A stretch of DNA of 64,000 bases from Eledone cirrhosa (GCA_964016885.1 OZ024741.1:287990001-288054000), one strand, 5' to 3'; shown: positions 1 through 12,334, counted from the stretch's first letter. A program made the numbers and translations. Notes: generated from the letters alone by a model not told the origin.

Positions 1-895
1 CTCCCCTATACCCCCTACTAACACCACTAAAACAATCCCAAGATTCGCACACCACTAACCCCCACCCACACATCCACATTCGACCACCCCACCACTAATA
101 ATACTACACCCCCCTCCCAATACCTTCCCCTCACAACGCACACGCCAGCATATATACTCACCCACACCTATGTACACACACCAGTATATTACACTCAGTC
201 ATACAGTACCCAGCACCTCTCGCCCCCGTACCCCCCCATACACACACACACATCCTACTAACACCGCCACTCATATATACACACACACCGCTACCCTCTC
301 CCTCAACTTTTCCCACTGACCCACCTCCTCTCCTGTCCACCGCACCTCCGCACACACATACAGGCCACACCTGCCAACTACCACTGCCTGACTATTCCCT
401 ACCCTCTTGACTGCTATCTCCTCTCTCTCGCATCCTTCGCCCTGCCTTATCCACCCCCTGGTCAAGGCGACCATCTTGACTACTTACTGTTGCGCGCAAC
501 TTTCTACTTCCTCCTCACCAATTCCACGGATGCTACACCGCTAGTCACACTCTGGACATCCACCATTTAATACCCGGATTTTCACCATCTGTCCACACAC
601 TCACCGGAAAAACATTCAGGAACACACCATTTTCGCACACACGCAACCATACATTCTCACATATCCACACCACACAAACACACGTGCGTATCCTCACATA
701 CACCTACTCTGCACGCTCCCTCTCCACCACTCCATCCGACCCCTCTCCATCCACACGCACACAGACTTCCACCCCACCCCATGTACACACTGGTTTTCCT
801 AATACACAAGCATGGAACCCCGTTCTCCCCCATACTCACACTCACACAAACACCTAACACACCACCTTCCACCCTCCCCACTCGGACCCCCAATT
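1..895. repeat. C/A-rich, strand-biased low-complexity tract (similar tracts at ~10560-11340, 35330-35530, 39293-40130)
   Basis: G-depleted, CA/CCA-rich sequence; the tract at 39293 directly follows a PLE ORF. Confidence 0.5.
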
Positions 896-907
896 TATAT
901 ATATATA

Positions 908-1301
908 CGAGGGCAATCCCAAAAGTAAGGTCTCCTTCCGATATTGCAACTTTTCCGTTAAAATCCTGTGGATGGTGCTTCGGGAAACCTCAGGAACCAA
1001 AATGCAGAGAGCATCCAGAGTGATCCGCCGATCTTTACGCATGTTTTCCTCGGAAGGAGACCTTACTTTTGGGATTGCCCACGTATATAATAACTGCGCG
1101 AAATTCGCACTTGGCGGTAGCGTTCAACGGGAGCTCCATTCTCAACGACTGTCAAGCCAAGATTGAGCATCCCAGCGAAGCGCGCGCATGCTTGTTTGGG
1201 AGTGAAGGAAGCACCAATCACAACAGTGTTGCCAACAGCCGTACGAACAGTTTCTCTGCGTCCCCATCGCTTTGGAGACCTTACTTTTGGGATTACCCAC
1301 G
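908..1301 (-). mobile_element. Internally deleted mariner (Tc1/mariner) derivative with three TIR copies
   Basis: TIR CGAGGGCAATCCCAAAAGTAAGGTCTCC at 908, inverted copies at ~1056-1083 and ~1274-1301, TA flanks. Transposase remnants MELPLNATAKCEFRAVI and DRRITLDAL...VSRSTIHRILTEKLQYRK. Confidence 0.8.
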
Positions 1302-1509
1302 TATATATATATATATTTGTTGTAAGGTAGCAATAAATGCGCCCGTTGGCGGTATGCCGTTTGAGCACTCTATGCTCACGCGGAACAGAGTATATTATTA
1401 TAGATAACGATGTTGACTTTGCCTTTCATCCTTACGGGGTAGATAAAATAAAGTACCAGTAATGCACTGGGTAATTGCTGGCCTTGTGCCTAAAGTAGAA
1501 ACAATTATT

Positions 1510-1790
1510 ATAGATAACGAGGAATCAGTGATGCATTAAAACACAATTTATTAACATATTACATGTTTCTCCGACGATCAGCTCAAGGCAGAATCTATGA
1601 TAGATCGAACCCGACTCTGCACTCTCAAGGTTCTCGGATATGTTTATCGTTTTCAAGGCATTTCTTCATATGTATGCAGAGTCGGGTTCGATCTATAATA
1701 GATCCAGCCTTGAGCTGATCGTCGGAGAAACATATGTAATATGTTAATAAATTGTGTCTTAATGCATCACTGATTCCACGTTATCTATAG
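1510..1790. repeat. Foldback inverted repeat (~110-bp arms) of a pLTR-like family also at ~13920-14050, 51820-51950, 59855-59980
   Basis: ATAGATAACG...CGAACCCGACTCTGCA is mirrored by TGCAGAGTCGGGTTCG...CGTTATCTAT. Confidence 0.85.
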
Positions 1791-2014
1791 TATATATATA
1801 TATATAACTCAATGTAAAAAGATATCACACACGAAAAACAATGCAAAAGGAAAAAGAATGTGTGTGTATGTGTTTCGGATCTAAACAAATGTTTTGCTAT
1901 CTTATTATTGGGGCGTCGCCAACATTAAACAAAGTGCCGCAGTGTTGTCAAAATTTGAAACGAAGATATCTTCAAGAAGTAAAAAACTTCTAAAAATTGT
2001 AAAATAAAATTAGC

Positions 2015-2058
<44 letters not shown>

Positions 2059-2504
2059 CATACGATTACTGGAGGAAAGGAAATATAAAAGTTTGGCAAA
2101 ACATCACTTGCGGTGTGACAGGAGTAAACGCCCACAAAAAATCTCGACTAGAAAATATATACTCAATATGAATAATTTCTTCAATTAATTATCTTTAAAA
2201 CATTATCAGATAATATATTAAAACAAATTAGATAATTAAAATGAAATATAATTTCTAAAATATCTTTAATGAAATAAATATATATTGTTTATATTTTCTG
2301 ATCATAGTAAAAGTATTCATGGATATTTCGTCGCTTAATAGGCTATATATACGATAAAATTACGATATAGATAATAATTCCAGTTTACAGAAAGCTGTGT
2401 ACAAGAAGCTCAGCTCTAGTTGTAGGGCATGAAAGCAATTTTTAGAATACAATTATTGTTATTGATAAAACTCATGTTTTACGCAAAAAGCAGACTACAC
2501 TTAC

Positions 2505-2521
2505 CACCTGTGTGTCGCCAT
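2505..2521 (-). CDS. Putative first coding micro-exon of an unidentified divergent gene (MATHR...)
   Basis: Minus strand reads AAAAATGGCGACACACAGGTG|GTAAGT: housekeeping-type start context followed by a consensus donor, 300 bp from the MED9 ATG. No downstream exon identified. Confidence 0.5.
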
Positions 2522-2819
2522 TTTTAATCATGTGATCAAAAATATGGGAGAAAATTGAAAACGTTAGTTTCGAATTTCATTAGTCTTCCAAAGAATTGCA
2601 TTGTTTCGTAAGAAATTATTTTTCTGTGTATATGTGTAATATTTATATATATATATAGAATTTAATGTTTTGTCATAAAAAGTTGTTATTTAGAAATTAT
2701 TAACACTGTCATTACATCCCCTCTCGTATATTTAACTCAATACATCTCTTAGTATTTCCTCTAACTGCCTATGTTCATCAAAGTCACGTGATTAAAGTAA
2801 CTTCCGGTTGCTGTCTAAC
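2522..2819. promoter_or_regulatory. Probable bidirectional housekeeping promoter
   Basis: GTCACGTGA E-box (~2783), ETS-like ACTTCCGG (~2800), and YY1-like AAAATGGCG / AACATGGCG overlapping the two divergent ATGs. Confidence 0.5.
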
Positions 2820-2881
2820 ATGGCGAAAAATGTCGAGAATGATCTTAGTTTTATACACATCATTTATGAAATAATTCGAAG
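2820..2881 (+). CDS. MED9: Mediator subunit 9, coding exon 1 (MAKNVENDLSFIHIIYEIIR, phase-2 donor)
   Basis: ATG in AACATGGCG context; ends AG|GTAAGC; joins in frame to the exon at 6924. SFIHIIYEIIRSIEKDSHDVHQ resembles MED9 [22 protein letters not shown]. Confidence 0.85.
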
Positions 2882-3381
2882 GTAAGCATTATTGAAATCT
2901 CTTGTTTCAGTTTTTCTGTTGAATTTAAAAGTTTCTCTCTTCGAGAAAAAAAAAGAATTAAATTAACACGCATCCTCGTTTATTATTAATGTTTTTTTTG
3001 CTAAAATAAAGTTAATAGTTTTCTTTCACTGTTTCTAACATGTTATTTTAGTTACTTATACTTTATTTGTTTAACTTTTTTTTTATACAGGATCGAAAAG
3101 AATATGACTTAATACTATCCTTTTTCTTTCTTTTATTAAAAAAAAAATTTTGAAAAGCTTATTCTACAATTTCAGAATGGTGTCAAAATAAACATGTTCC
3201 TCCTATATTTATATTTTGATGTTTAGCCAGCTTAGTTCCCCATTATATATACATACTAGCATGAACACAATATACATATGGCAGTGTGTTTTACATTGAT
3301 ATTGTAATATATATTCCTATAGTCCGCCAAAATAAACGTGTTCCCCTTATATATTTTGTAGTTTAGTCAGCTTAGTTCCCC

Positions 3382-3412
<31 letters not shown>

Positions 3413-3466
3413 CAACCACACTAGCACGAACACAATGTGTTCTACTTATATATTTTGTTTTGTCGG

Positions 3467-3503
<37 letters not shown>

Positions 3504-3839
3504 GTGTGTGTGTGTGTGATGACCGACTGAATACGCACGTGTGTTTTTGTTCCCCGTTCCTTCCTTTCATCACTCTTTACTCTATATTTCTAACTCTATC
3601 TTCTGATGAATGACTAGTGTCGTTAAGATTCTCTTCCTGCTATTTCAAGCCTTGAACTAATATATTTCTTTCATGTACCGTGCCGTTTGTTTTGTTATTA
3701 CTTTTACACACACATATATATATATATATATATATGTGTGTGTACGCTAGTACGAACACAATATATACAGATGGTACTGTGTTTTTCATTAATATTGTAT
3801 TATGTATTCCAATAACTCCAGTAATTTATAAGTATGATG

Positions 3840-4990
3840 CGTGGACTCAATACAATATGGAGGGCCGGCTGTGTTTTCCAGAACTACAAAGAGTCCATCA
3901 AACATCTCTACAAGAACAAAGAGAATAGGAGTGTATGTGATAACCATCCTAGGACATCACTTCTGTTAATTGCTGGTAACATCCTAGCTAGGGTGATACA
4001 CAATAGGATCATCAAATATATCGTCGATGACATTTTCCCTGAATCGCAGTGTGGCTTGTTCAGGACGTGGCACAACTGACATGATCTTTTCTCTCCGCCA
4101 TGTTGCCGAAAAGGTCTGTGAGAGAAATGAGGAACTATACATGGTGTTCGTAGATCTAACCAAAGCCTTTGACACTGTAAATCTGCAAGCACTCTCGAAA
4201 GTTCTAAAGACAAGATGCTTGTCATTATTGTCTAGGGCAGTGGATTGGCAGTATCAGTAGAGGGTCGGACGCCATGCTTTGACGCATAGTTACGGCCCTT
4301 GCCATTCTGAGTTCAAATCCCGCCGAGGTTAACTTTGCCTTTTATCCTTACGGGGTCGATAAAATAAAGTACCAGTAATGCACTGGGTAATTGCTGGCCT
4401 TGTGCCAATAGAAACAATTATTGTCTCTTTCCACGAGGAAATGTAAGCTGCTGTTTTATCTGATGAGCACAAAAAAGGTTGTCATGGCTCTGGTTCTCTT
4501 CATCTGGTACTATTCATCTCAGTGATGTTCAAATATGCCTTAGTTGAAAAAAAAAACAGGTTAAACTCTAATTTCGAACTAGTGGTGGATTAGCATCATT
4601 TGGGGTCTCTTTTTCATTGATGACACTGATTGTTGCAGCATCTTTAAATGAAACCGTTTTCTATTGCAAGTAAAGTTTTTGTCTTACCATCAGCATAAAT
4701 AAAACGGAGGTGATCCACCAGCCAGGGTCTATGCCAAAATAAATGCAAGATGTCAATATCAGAACCCACCAGTGCACAAGTTATCAGATATCCTTATGAA
4801 GGTTGATGCGAAATGGTTCACATATGGCAGTAAGGTGAACTCAAATGCATCTCAATGACAAGATAATCAATTGTATAGGGAAAGCTATGAGTGTGTTTGG
4901 AAAACTCTATCATTGCCTCTGGAATGAGAGGGGCATAAAACTAGGCACCAAGACCCAGATCTATCAAGCAATTACATAGAGACTCTTATA
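3840..4990 (+). mobile_element. Degenerate RTE-clade LINE reverse transcriptase fragment in the MED9 intron, interrupted by a SINE
   Basis: SLLLIAGNILARVI.NR, PESQCG, GRGTTDMIFSLR, FVDLTKAFDTVN, with frameshifts. Confidence 0.85.
4236..4421 (+). mobile_element. tRNA-derived SINE family A (representative of ~20 copies)
   Basis: A-box-like TGGCAGTATCGG, B-box GAGTTCAAATCC, Meta-domain-like core ACTTTGCCTTTCATCCTTACGGGGTCGATAAAATAAAGTACCAG, tail GTAGAAACAATT(ATT). Other copies at ~1411-1507, 5688-5797, 6121-6320 (x2), 8550-9440 (several), 18772-18950, 27828-28015, 28372-28551, 30025-30220, 31895-32515 (x3), 33173-33362, 44790-44890, 48476-48657, 52585-52757, 54836-55022, 61345-61520, 62208-62372. 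Confidence 0.9.
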
Positions 4991-5518
4991 CAGATATTTT
5001 CTAGCTTTCACAGGTCTTCTGCAGTTAAAGCTCATGTAGCATCATGGAGCCTGCTTTTCATTTTGAGAGAGGAGCTCTGTTGTTAGCAGATGTAGAAGCT
5101 CCCTAAACTTCTTCCAGTCTGTTCTCAGACTCTGTTGGAGCTTCCTCTTCCATTGTTGATTAGGTCAACAACTTCTCCTTTAACCTACCTGTAATCCCAT
5201 ATCTTTTGTTCATTCATAGATTACAGTGTGTACCATATGGAGTTTCTCTTTGCTTCCTTTTTGACATAACAGGCCAGACCACTGCCCTGACGAAATCAGA
5301 TTTTTTGTTTTTCCAGATGTTCGAGTTGTTAAATTTAGGTGCCAGAAAGATCCAACATCCATATTATCCTGCTCAATGATCCAAGTGTTTATTACCAGTA
5401 TAGAGATTTCATAGATGTTTAGATGGTCTTCTTGTACAAGGCTGTTTGATAAGTGACAGTGCTTGCTACAATTTTATAACCCCTCTTCCGTTTTTTTTTT
5501 TGTTTTTTTTTTGTCCCA

Positions 5519-5549
<31 letters not shown>

Positions 5550-6056
5550 CTTACAATTACATTTTCTCTGACCTATATTAATGACAGCTAACAGGTGTGT
5601 ACAGGTTTGAGATTCCCTGAAACATGTATTATGCTGTCAACATATCATGTGAGATTTTATCTGTTATTGTAGTCAAGAGTATGGTTGGAATCCCGCCGAA
5701 GTTAACTTTGCCTTTCATCCTTACGGGGTCGAGAAAATAAAGTACCAGTAATATACTCGATAATTGCTGGCCTTGTGCCAAAAGTAGAAACAATTATTTC
5801 TAACTCTTTCGTTATCATACCTTGAAAGACGTGGCGTATGATTTTGAATTAATTTTGAAAACAATCTAAAAATCGGGAGGATTTAGTAATATAACTAAAT
5901 TTTTCATTAAGTTGGTGTTTGAAACAAAATTATGATGGAAGGTTTTTAGATAAATGTAAACATTTTAAAATGAAAGTTTTGTATTGTAAAAGCAGAGCTG
6001 GTTCCAGGCAGCTGCCCATCTTAGATGTGTTGACCACTAAGTATATTGAACATTAA

Positions 6057-6383
6057 GGGAGACAACTGCACAACAAACATGATGTAATTAGTCAATGAGG
6101 GTTGCGTGTAAATTGAGAATAATTGTTTCTACTTTTGGCACAAGGCCAGATATTATCCCAGTGCATTACTGGTACTTTATTTTATCGAACCCGTAAGGAT
6201 GAAAGGCAGTTAACTTCGGCGAGATTAACTTTGCCTTTCATCCTTACGGGATCGATAAAATAAAGCACCAGTAATGCACTGGGATAATTGCTGGCCTTGT
6301 GCCAAAAGTAGAAACAATTCTCAATTTTCACACAATCCTCATTGACTAATTACATCGTTGGTTGTTGTGCAGTTGTCTCCCCT
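6057..6383. repeat. Intronic palindrome made of two inverted SINE 3' halves plus flanks
   Basis: GGGAGACAACTGCACAACA...GAGAAT-SINE(-)/SINE(+)-ATTCTC...TGTGCAGTTGTCTCCC. Confidence 0.85.
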
Positions 6384-6923
6384 AGCACCATTAACACATA
6401 GGTAACTTGTGTCACACTATTAAAGTTGCATATCTTATGGATCACGTTCACCTCGTTTTGTCTACACCTTATTAATCCTTTAGCATTTACATTACTCTAT
6501 ATTTATTATTGTATTTTCATGGTAAAGGTCTTATCTCACATAATATCGAATCTATGAGATTTTGATATTTCTTTTGAGAACAGTACCTTAACATGAGTAT
6601 GAGTGGCCGGTTACTACCGGTTTGAACAGAAAAGGCTGAGAATTCTAGTCAGATAAATGGTTAATACTCCACCTTGCTTAATACCACTACTGCTAGGAAC
6701 ATTCACCTCATTTTGTCTCCACATTCTGCCCATGCTACATTATATGTTAGGATTAATACTCCACCTGGCTTAACACCACTTCTACCTGGTTCACCAGTTT
6801 CTTTCTTTATGCCTATATTTTCACCTGCAAATGTTCTAACCTGTTTTTATGTCTGTTAAAAAGAATTTGTTAAAATGCACCAATATCTGATTCTGCTTTC
6901 ATCTGTGCCCTTTATATCTTCAG

Positions 6924-7137
6924 TATCGAGAAAGATTCCCATGATGTGCACCAGAAAGTAACGGACCTGAAGAATAGACTTCAGAGGGGACGTGAGATTG
7001 TGGATAAGATGCCTGGCATCCAACACACCCGGGAGGAGCAAATGAAACACATTGAGGTGCTCCGAAAACAGCTCATTACCAAGTGTGACTTGATAAAGAA
7101 ATACAAAAACTTCCATACTTTCAACTTGTCTCGGTAA
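6924..7137 (+). CDS. MED9: Mediator subunit 9, coding exon 2 (spliced protein 91 aa)
   Basis: Pyrimidine tract plus TTCAG| acceptor. MPGIQHTREEQMKHIEVLRKQLITKCDLIKKYK matches the Med9 pattern MPGI..S.E.Q...L..LR.Q...K..L..KYK; TAA stop. Confidence 0.9.
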
Positions 7138-7632
7138 CCAGTGCTCACCACTGTTGTGCAGAGTGTTCGACTGTCTTGCAGCACTACAGTATAACCAGAT
7201 CCAATCATATCAGAGTCACTGACCTACAAAACAAAGCAGCTAAAATTGTTTTTGTATTTTAAGGGGTATTTTTTCTTTTTTGTCTATTTTTGATATGTCC
7301 AGTGCATACATACCACACATACACAAATATAACCCTTAACACACAAGTTCACATATACACACGGTGAGAGTGTCTCTGTTTTATTGATGAGATACATATA
7401 CATATTTCGTTTTATATCTACAAACACTCAACTATTTATAAACATATGCATACAGATATATAAACAAACTTTGTCTCTTCACTCTACCAAATACATATCT
7501 GTATTAACACTGAAAGAAAATTGTGAACTTGAAGAAAATTAGCAAAAGACAAAGATTATTGTTATTATTTCTTAACATTTTTTTCCATCTTTGCTGCTCC
7601 TTCTTTTGCTTGTTTTACTTTACATTACCGCC

Positions 7633-8400
7633 ATGGTTGAAGAAAGTTGTCACCCAATATTCACCCAAAATCCAACACAATGGATGCAGTACATCTACAA
7701 GAAAGTCCGCGTAGTCACCGGCCCCAATCAAGACATCATGGGTCGTGTCTACACCGTTGACCCAGTCACTTCCAGCCTTGTTCTTGTTCACTTCCCCTTT
7801 GAAGATGCTTTGGATTCCACAACTGCCACCACCACCACTGCTTCTGCGGCTAATGTTGATGAAGCCTTTGATAGATCTGCCATCACTTCAAACACCACCA
7901 GTGACACTATCAGTGAAGCTAAAACCTCCACTACCACTAGTACCACTGCTACTACTACTACTACTACTACTAACACCCCCGAGTGCAGTGTAGAGGTGAG
8001 TGTCATTCCAGGCCATGCTGTAGTTGAAGTGATTGTGTTGCCGGAAGATAATGACAGCAGTGATTATGAAACCATTAAGGAGAGACTTGATGCTCTGTTC
8101 CTCAACAGTAAGCATGGTTATGGTGACATTAGTGGTATCAACAACATTAGCCATTTGAGTGAGGAGAGCCTCTCTGAACGCAGGGACAAGCTGAAGTCGT
8201 GGTTCCTAAAGAACCGCTTGCCCGTACAGGAGCAAAAGGGTAAGTTGGGTGGTGGTAATAAAGATAAAGGGCAGTATCTGAATGTGGCTGGTGCTGTGAC
8301 CATTGTGCCACCTTATGGACCCAGTAATTGTTGTAGCACCAATGAAATAATTCTGTCCAGAATCCAGACACTGATTAGAAACATGCCACCAACTGTCTGA
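7633..8400 (+). CDS. GEMIN6: Gem-associated protein 6 (SMN complex, Sm-like fold), intronless, 255 aa, with a Thr-rich insertion
   Basis: Kozak ACCGCCATGG. W.QYIYK.VRV, G.VYTVDPV.S.LVLV.F, GHAV, LK.W..KN.LP and VAG..TI.PPYGP.NC.S.NEIILSRIQ.LI all match Gemin6. Confidence 0.92.
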   Translation: MVEESCHPIFTQNPTQWMQYIYKKVRVVTGPNQDIMGRVYTVDPVTSSLVLVHFPFEDALDSTTATTTTASAANVDEAFDRSAITSNTTSDTISEAKTSTTTSTTATTTTTTTNTPECSVEVSVIPGHAVVEVIVLPEDNDSSDYETIKERLDALFLNSKHGYGDISGINNISHLSEESLSERRDKLKSWFLKNRLPVQEQKGKLGGGNKDKGQYLNVAGAVTIVPPYGPSNCCSTNEIILSRIQTLIRNMPPTV

Positions 8401-9857
8401 TTAAAACTTAATCAATTAATTAAGTTGTTTGTTTGTTCTGTCATTCACTGTAGTGATAAGATGGATGAAAGATAAGGTTTTCGGCTACCTATTACCATAG
8501 TCACGACTTCCCTCCCCAAGTGCCTAAATTAGAATCCATAATTATATTTATGAGGTCAGTGATATTGGTGAATTGTTAGGGCATTGGACAAAATATTTAG
8601 TTACAATTTATTACATTCTGAGATCAAATCCTGTCATGGTCAACTTTGTTTTTCATCATTCCAGGCTCTATAAAATAAAATACTAGTCAAATACTGGAGT
8701 CAGTGTAAGCAACTCTCCTCCTCACAAATTGCTGGCCTTGTGCCTAAATTAGAAACGCTGGATTAGCAGTATCGTTAGGGCGCCGGACAACATGCTGTGT
8801 AGAAATAATTATTATTATGATGGATTGGCAGTATCTAGAGCATCAGACATGCTTTGTAGCATAGTTACAGCCCTTTATGGTCTGATTTCAAATCTGGCTA
8901 AGGTTGATTTTGCCTTTCATCCTTATGGCATTGATAAAATAAAGTACTAGTAACGCACTGGGTTCAATTTGGTCGACTTTCCCTTCCCTTCAAAAGTATT
9001 ATGAGGGTGATGAACTGTTGGGATCATTAGGGCGTTGGACAAAAAACCTTGCAGTATTTGTTCTGGCATTTTCAATTCTGAGTTTATGCTTCACCATTCA
9101 TTTTTCCATGATCGATGTAGGCTCTTTCTTTTCCTAGATATTTCTAACCTTGTGTCTATGTCAGGAATCACTATGAAAAACATAGAAGTGGTACCGTATC
9201 CAGACAGTTGGAAGAATTGATAGAGTAGTATTTTATTTATGTCCCTTTATGTTTGAGTTCAATTCTCACTAACGTTTTATTTTACCTTTAATTCTTTGTT
9301 TAGAATGCTTTGCATTATTTATTCCCATTTCTCTGCGATCTGAGTCCAAATCCTGCCGGGCTCAACTTCGCCTTTCATCCTTTTACGGTCAATAAAAAGA
9401 AAGTACCAGTCCAGTACTGGGGGTCGATTCTTTATATCTGTTTCTCCCTCTCAGGAAGAAATAAGCTGTGTTCAGGCATGGGCTCCATTAGATCTAAAAT
9501 GCTGTAAGTTACTGCAGCAGTACCCCAAAAACTCAGCCAGGAGTTACAGGTCCATACATACATACAAACTTCAGGATTTAGTAAATACTGTTTGTGTCTG
9601 ATTGAAACTATTATCATTATCATTATTAGTTGTGATGGTGACAGTTTAGATAGAAGTAAATCGTTTGAGGACTCTATTTGTGATATGCTGGTATCTACTC
9701 CGATGATGTGGTTTTTAGGGACATTTTATATGTAGTCAATGCTTAATATGAAATCTAAAGAAACCAAATGCTGTAATTTCTTTTTTTCTTTTGTGGATGT
9801 CCTGTAAAAAAGATTTGTTCATCCAATATTGGTGTATTTCATTTTATGCCATATGAA

Positions 9858-10062
9858 GGCATGTAGCTCAGTGGTTAGGGTGTTCAGCTCACGATCAGGT
9901 GTGTACCTTAGTGGTTAAGGTGTTCAGCTCACGATGGGAGTGTACCTCATTGGTTAGGGTGTTCAGCTTACGATCAGGAATGTATTTTAGTGGTTAGGGT
10001 GTTCAGCTCACAATCAGAAGTGTATCTCAGTGGTTAAGGTGCTCAGCTCACGATCATAAGGT
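9858..10062 (+). repeat. Tandem array (~5 x 38 bp) of a tRNA-like SINE head
   Basis: Unit ~GGAGTGTAGCTCAGTGGTTAGGGTGTTCAGCTCACGATCA, containing a Pol III A-box. Confidence 0.75.
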
Positions 10063-11929
10063 TGGAATAGAAGGAAGTCCAACACATTTCATGTCATACT
10101 CCACTCTTCCTCATCATCGGCCATGTCTTTAAGGTAAGAACTATATCTTTCTCAACACAAACTAAAAGAAAAATAACCCAAAAACTTGTAGCTGTTCAAT
10201 TATTGACCTGTTTCATCTTTTATTTAATGTTTAAATGGATTTGGCAGAATTGATAGTGCTAAATAAAACTGTGTAATTGTATCTGTGTGTTTTGTCTTTT
10301 TAAATCTTGAACCATGTTTTCCCTGCTTACACAGCACTCCTAATTTACACCTGGTACCTTGGCACTCTATCCTTTGGATCACCTACAGATTATCCAGTCT
10401 TTGAATTAATGGATTTTTTAACTGCTCTTGTACTGCAGATCTTCCATGACCATCCTTTCTCTTCTTTTACTCCCTCCTCCATTATGCCCAGCCAAAATAC
10501 CCTCCTCTTCCAATCCCACATAAAATATTTCCTTTCCCCCTTTCTGTATCCAACCTGCATTTTACCTGTCTTAACTCTTCTTTTCTAAAACCCACTCACC
10601 TTCCCATCTCATCCCACCCCCACTTCTCATCCAACCCTCTTAACCCAAACTCCACTGAATCCTTTACCAACCCACAACATCACTCTACCCACCATCCTTG
10701 TTATCTCTAGATTTGAACACTCTCTCCTCAGTAGAGGCCTGCACTTCATTCTCTTCACAACAAATTGTTGACTTGCATAAATGACAGTTCCTGTGCCACA
10801 CAAAACTACAAGTACAGCTCTGAACAATTGTTGGATCTGGGCCAACAGCCATCTCACTGGATCTCAGCGCTCTAGACACTTTTATTGATACTTGACACAC
10901 AATTATACATCAACACATTAACATACATCTATACAGACACATACATATAGATACTCCAGGTTTGGGGATATTGTCTCACACATACACTCAGATCCAGACA
11001 AACACATCTATTTATTTGCATGCACACACACACACAAGCAACCCAAACAAACTCACTCAGATACACCCACAAACATACTCATACATAAATACACACACAT
11101 TAAATAAAACACATGCAATTGATAATACACATAGACTGAACCACACACACACACTGATAATATACCCAGACACATGCCATCACTAACAAAATACCACTTT
11201 AACATATACCCACACACACAATAAAATCAACACTCACTTATAAAATGCATTTCAATACCAATGATAAACCTGGAGCTCCATAACCACTTCAGTACCCCAG
11301 TTTTCCTGCATATTGAACTGCTTACCCATCCATATAAACCCCCTTTTTTTTTAACTTCAACCTTCTTTCCCCTAACATCCAATACATGAGACATTCTTTT
11401 TCCTTTTCCAACAAGCCTAAAACTTATAAGAATTTGTAAAATTGAATCTCTGTGTTTGTCTCTTTTTCATCTTAGGAATCATCAGAGTTTATTGAATCTA
11501 GAAACAATCAACAAAATATCTTAAAATATTCAAAATATGAGATACTTAAACATACTTATTGAACAAGGATAATGGAAAAGATGTACTGAGCTTAGTTGTT
11601 ATAGATTTAATAAACTCTGATGATTCCTACGGTTTGTACTGACTAACAACAGTTCTTATATGAAGAAACAATTGTTAGTAATTAAATGTCTTAAACTTTC
11701 AAAAGTGGTTAGTCACTTCACTACAATTATACATTGGCTCTGCTTGATTCTATTATCATAGCATTGAGCTAAAATACACCTGGTAAATGAATAAAACCTA
11801 TTTCTTACTTGTATAACTATTATATATATTTACACACACACACACACACATATATCCTATACATATATGTGAGTCTTTATTTAAATTGGGGGTAACCACA
11901 GTTAGTAAGGTACTCAATACATTAGTAGA

Positions 11930-12125
11930 GTGTAAACATCATGTTTAATATAGAAATGGCTTCCACAGTACTAGAACTGTTTCATTCAGAACAAATCATA
12001 ATGTCTTCTACAGGACTAGAACCGTGTCATTAAGAAAAGAATCTTCAGGAAAGCTTTCCTGATGATTTCTTTTGAATGAAACAGTTCTAGTCTGTAGAAT
12101 CCATTTCTATATTAAACATGATACA
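11930..12125. repeat. Inverted pLTR-like repeat with an HHR-like core (family also at 30500-30650)
   Basis: Arms ~11935-12000 and ~12061-12122; CTGATGA at 12059, GAAA at 12078. Confidence 0.7.
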
Positions 12126-12291
12126 CATCATCATCGTTTTTATATACTTTTTCTTGCTTGCATGGGTTGGTCGGGTCCTTAGCACTGTATCTCACCACTT
12201 CAGGCATTCCGTCATCTCTTCCAGTCTTAACGATTTGAGGTCAGCTCTCACAACCTCTGCCCAGCCCTTTTTTCACGCTTGCATAGGTTGG

Positions 12292-12334
<43 letters not shown>

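Noticed and set aside
3075-3112. Extra MED9 exon after the TTTTATACAG acceptor-like site at 3090
   Set aside because: No downstream donor or homology seen; exons 1 and 2 already join into a complete Med9.
7591-7632. Leu-rich signal-peptide-like N-terminal extension of GEMIN6
   Set aside because: Begins at TTG within a pyrimidine tract; the ATG at 7633 has a strong Kozak context and fits the start of Gemin6 homology.
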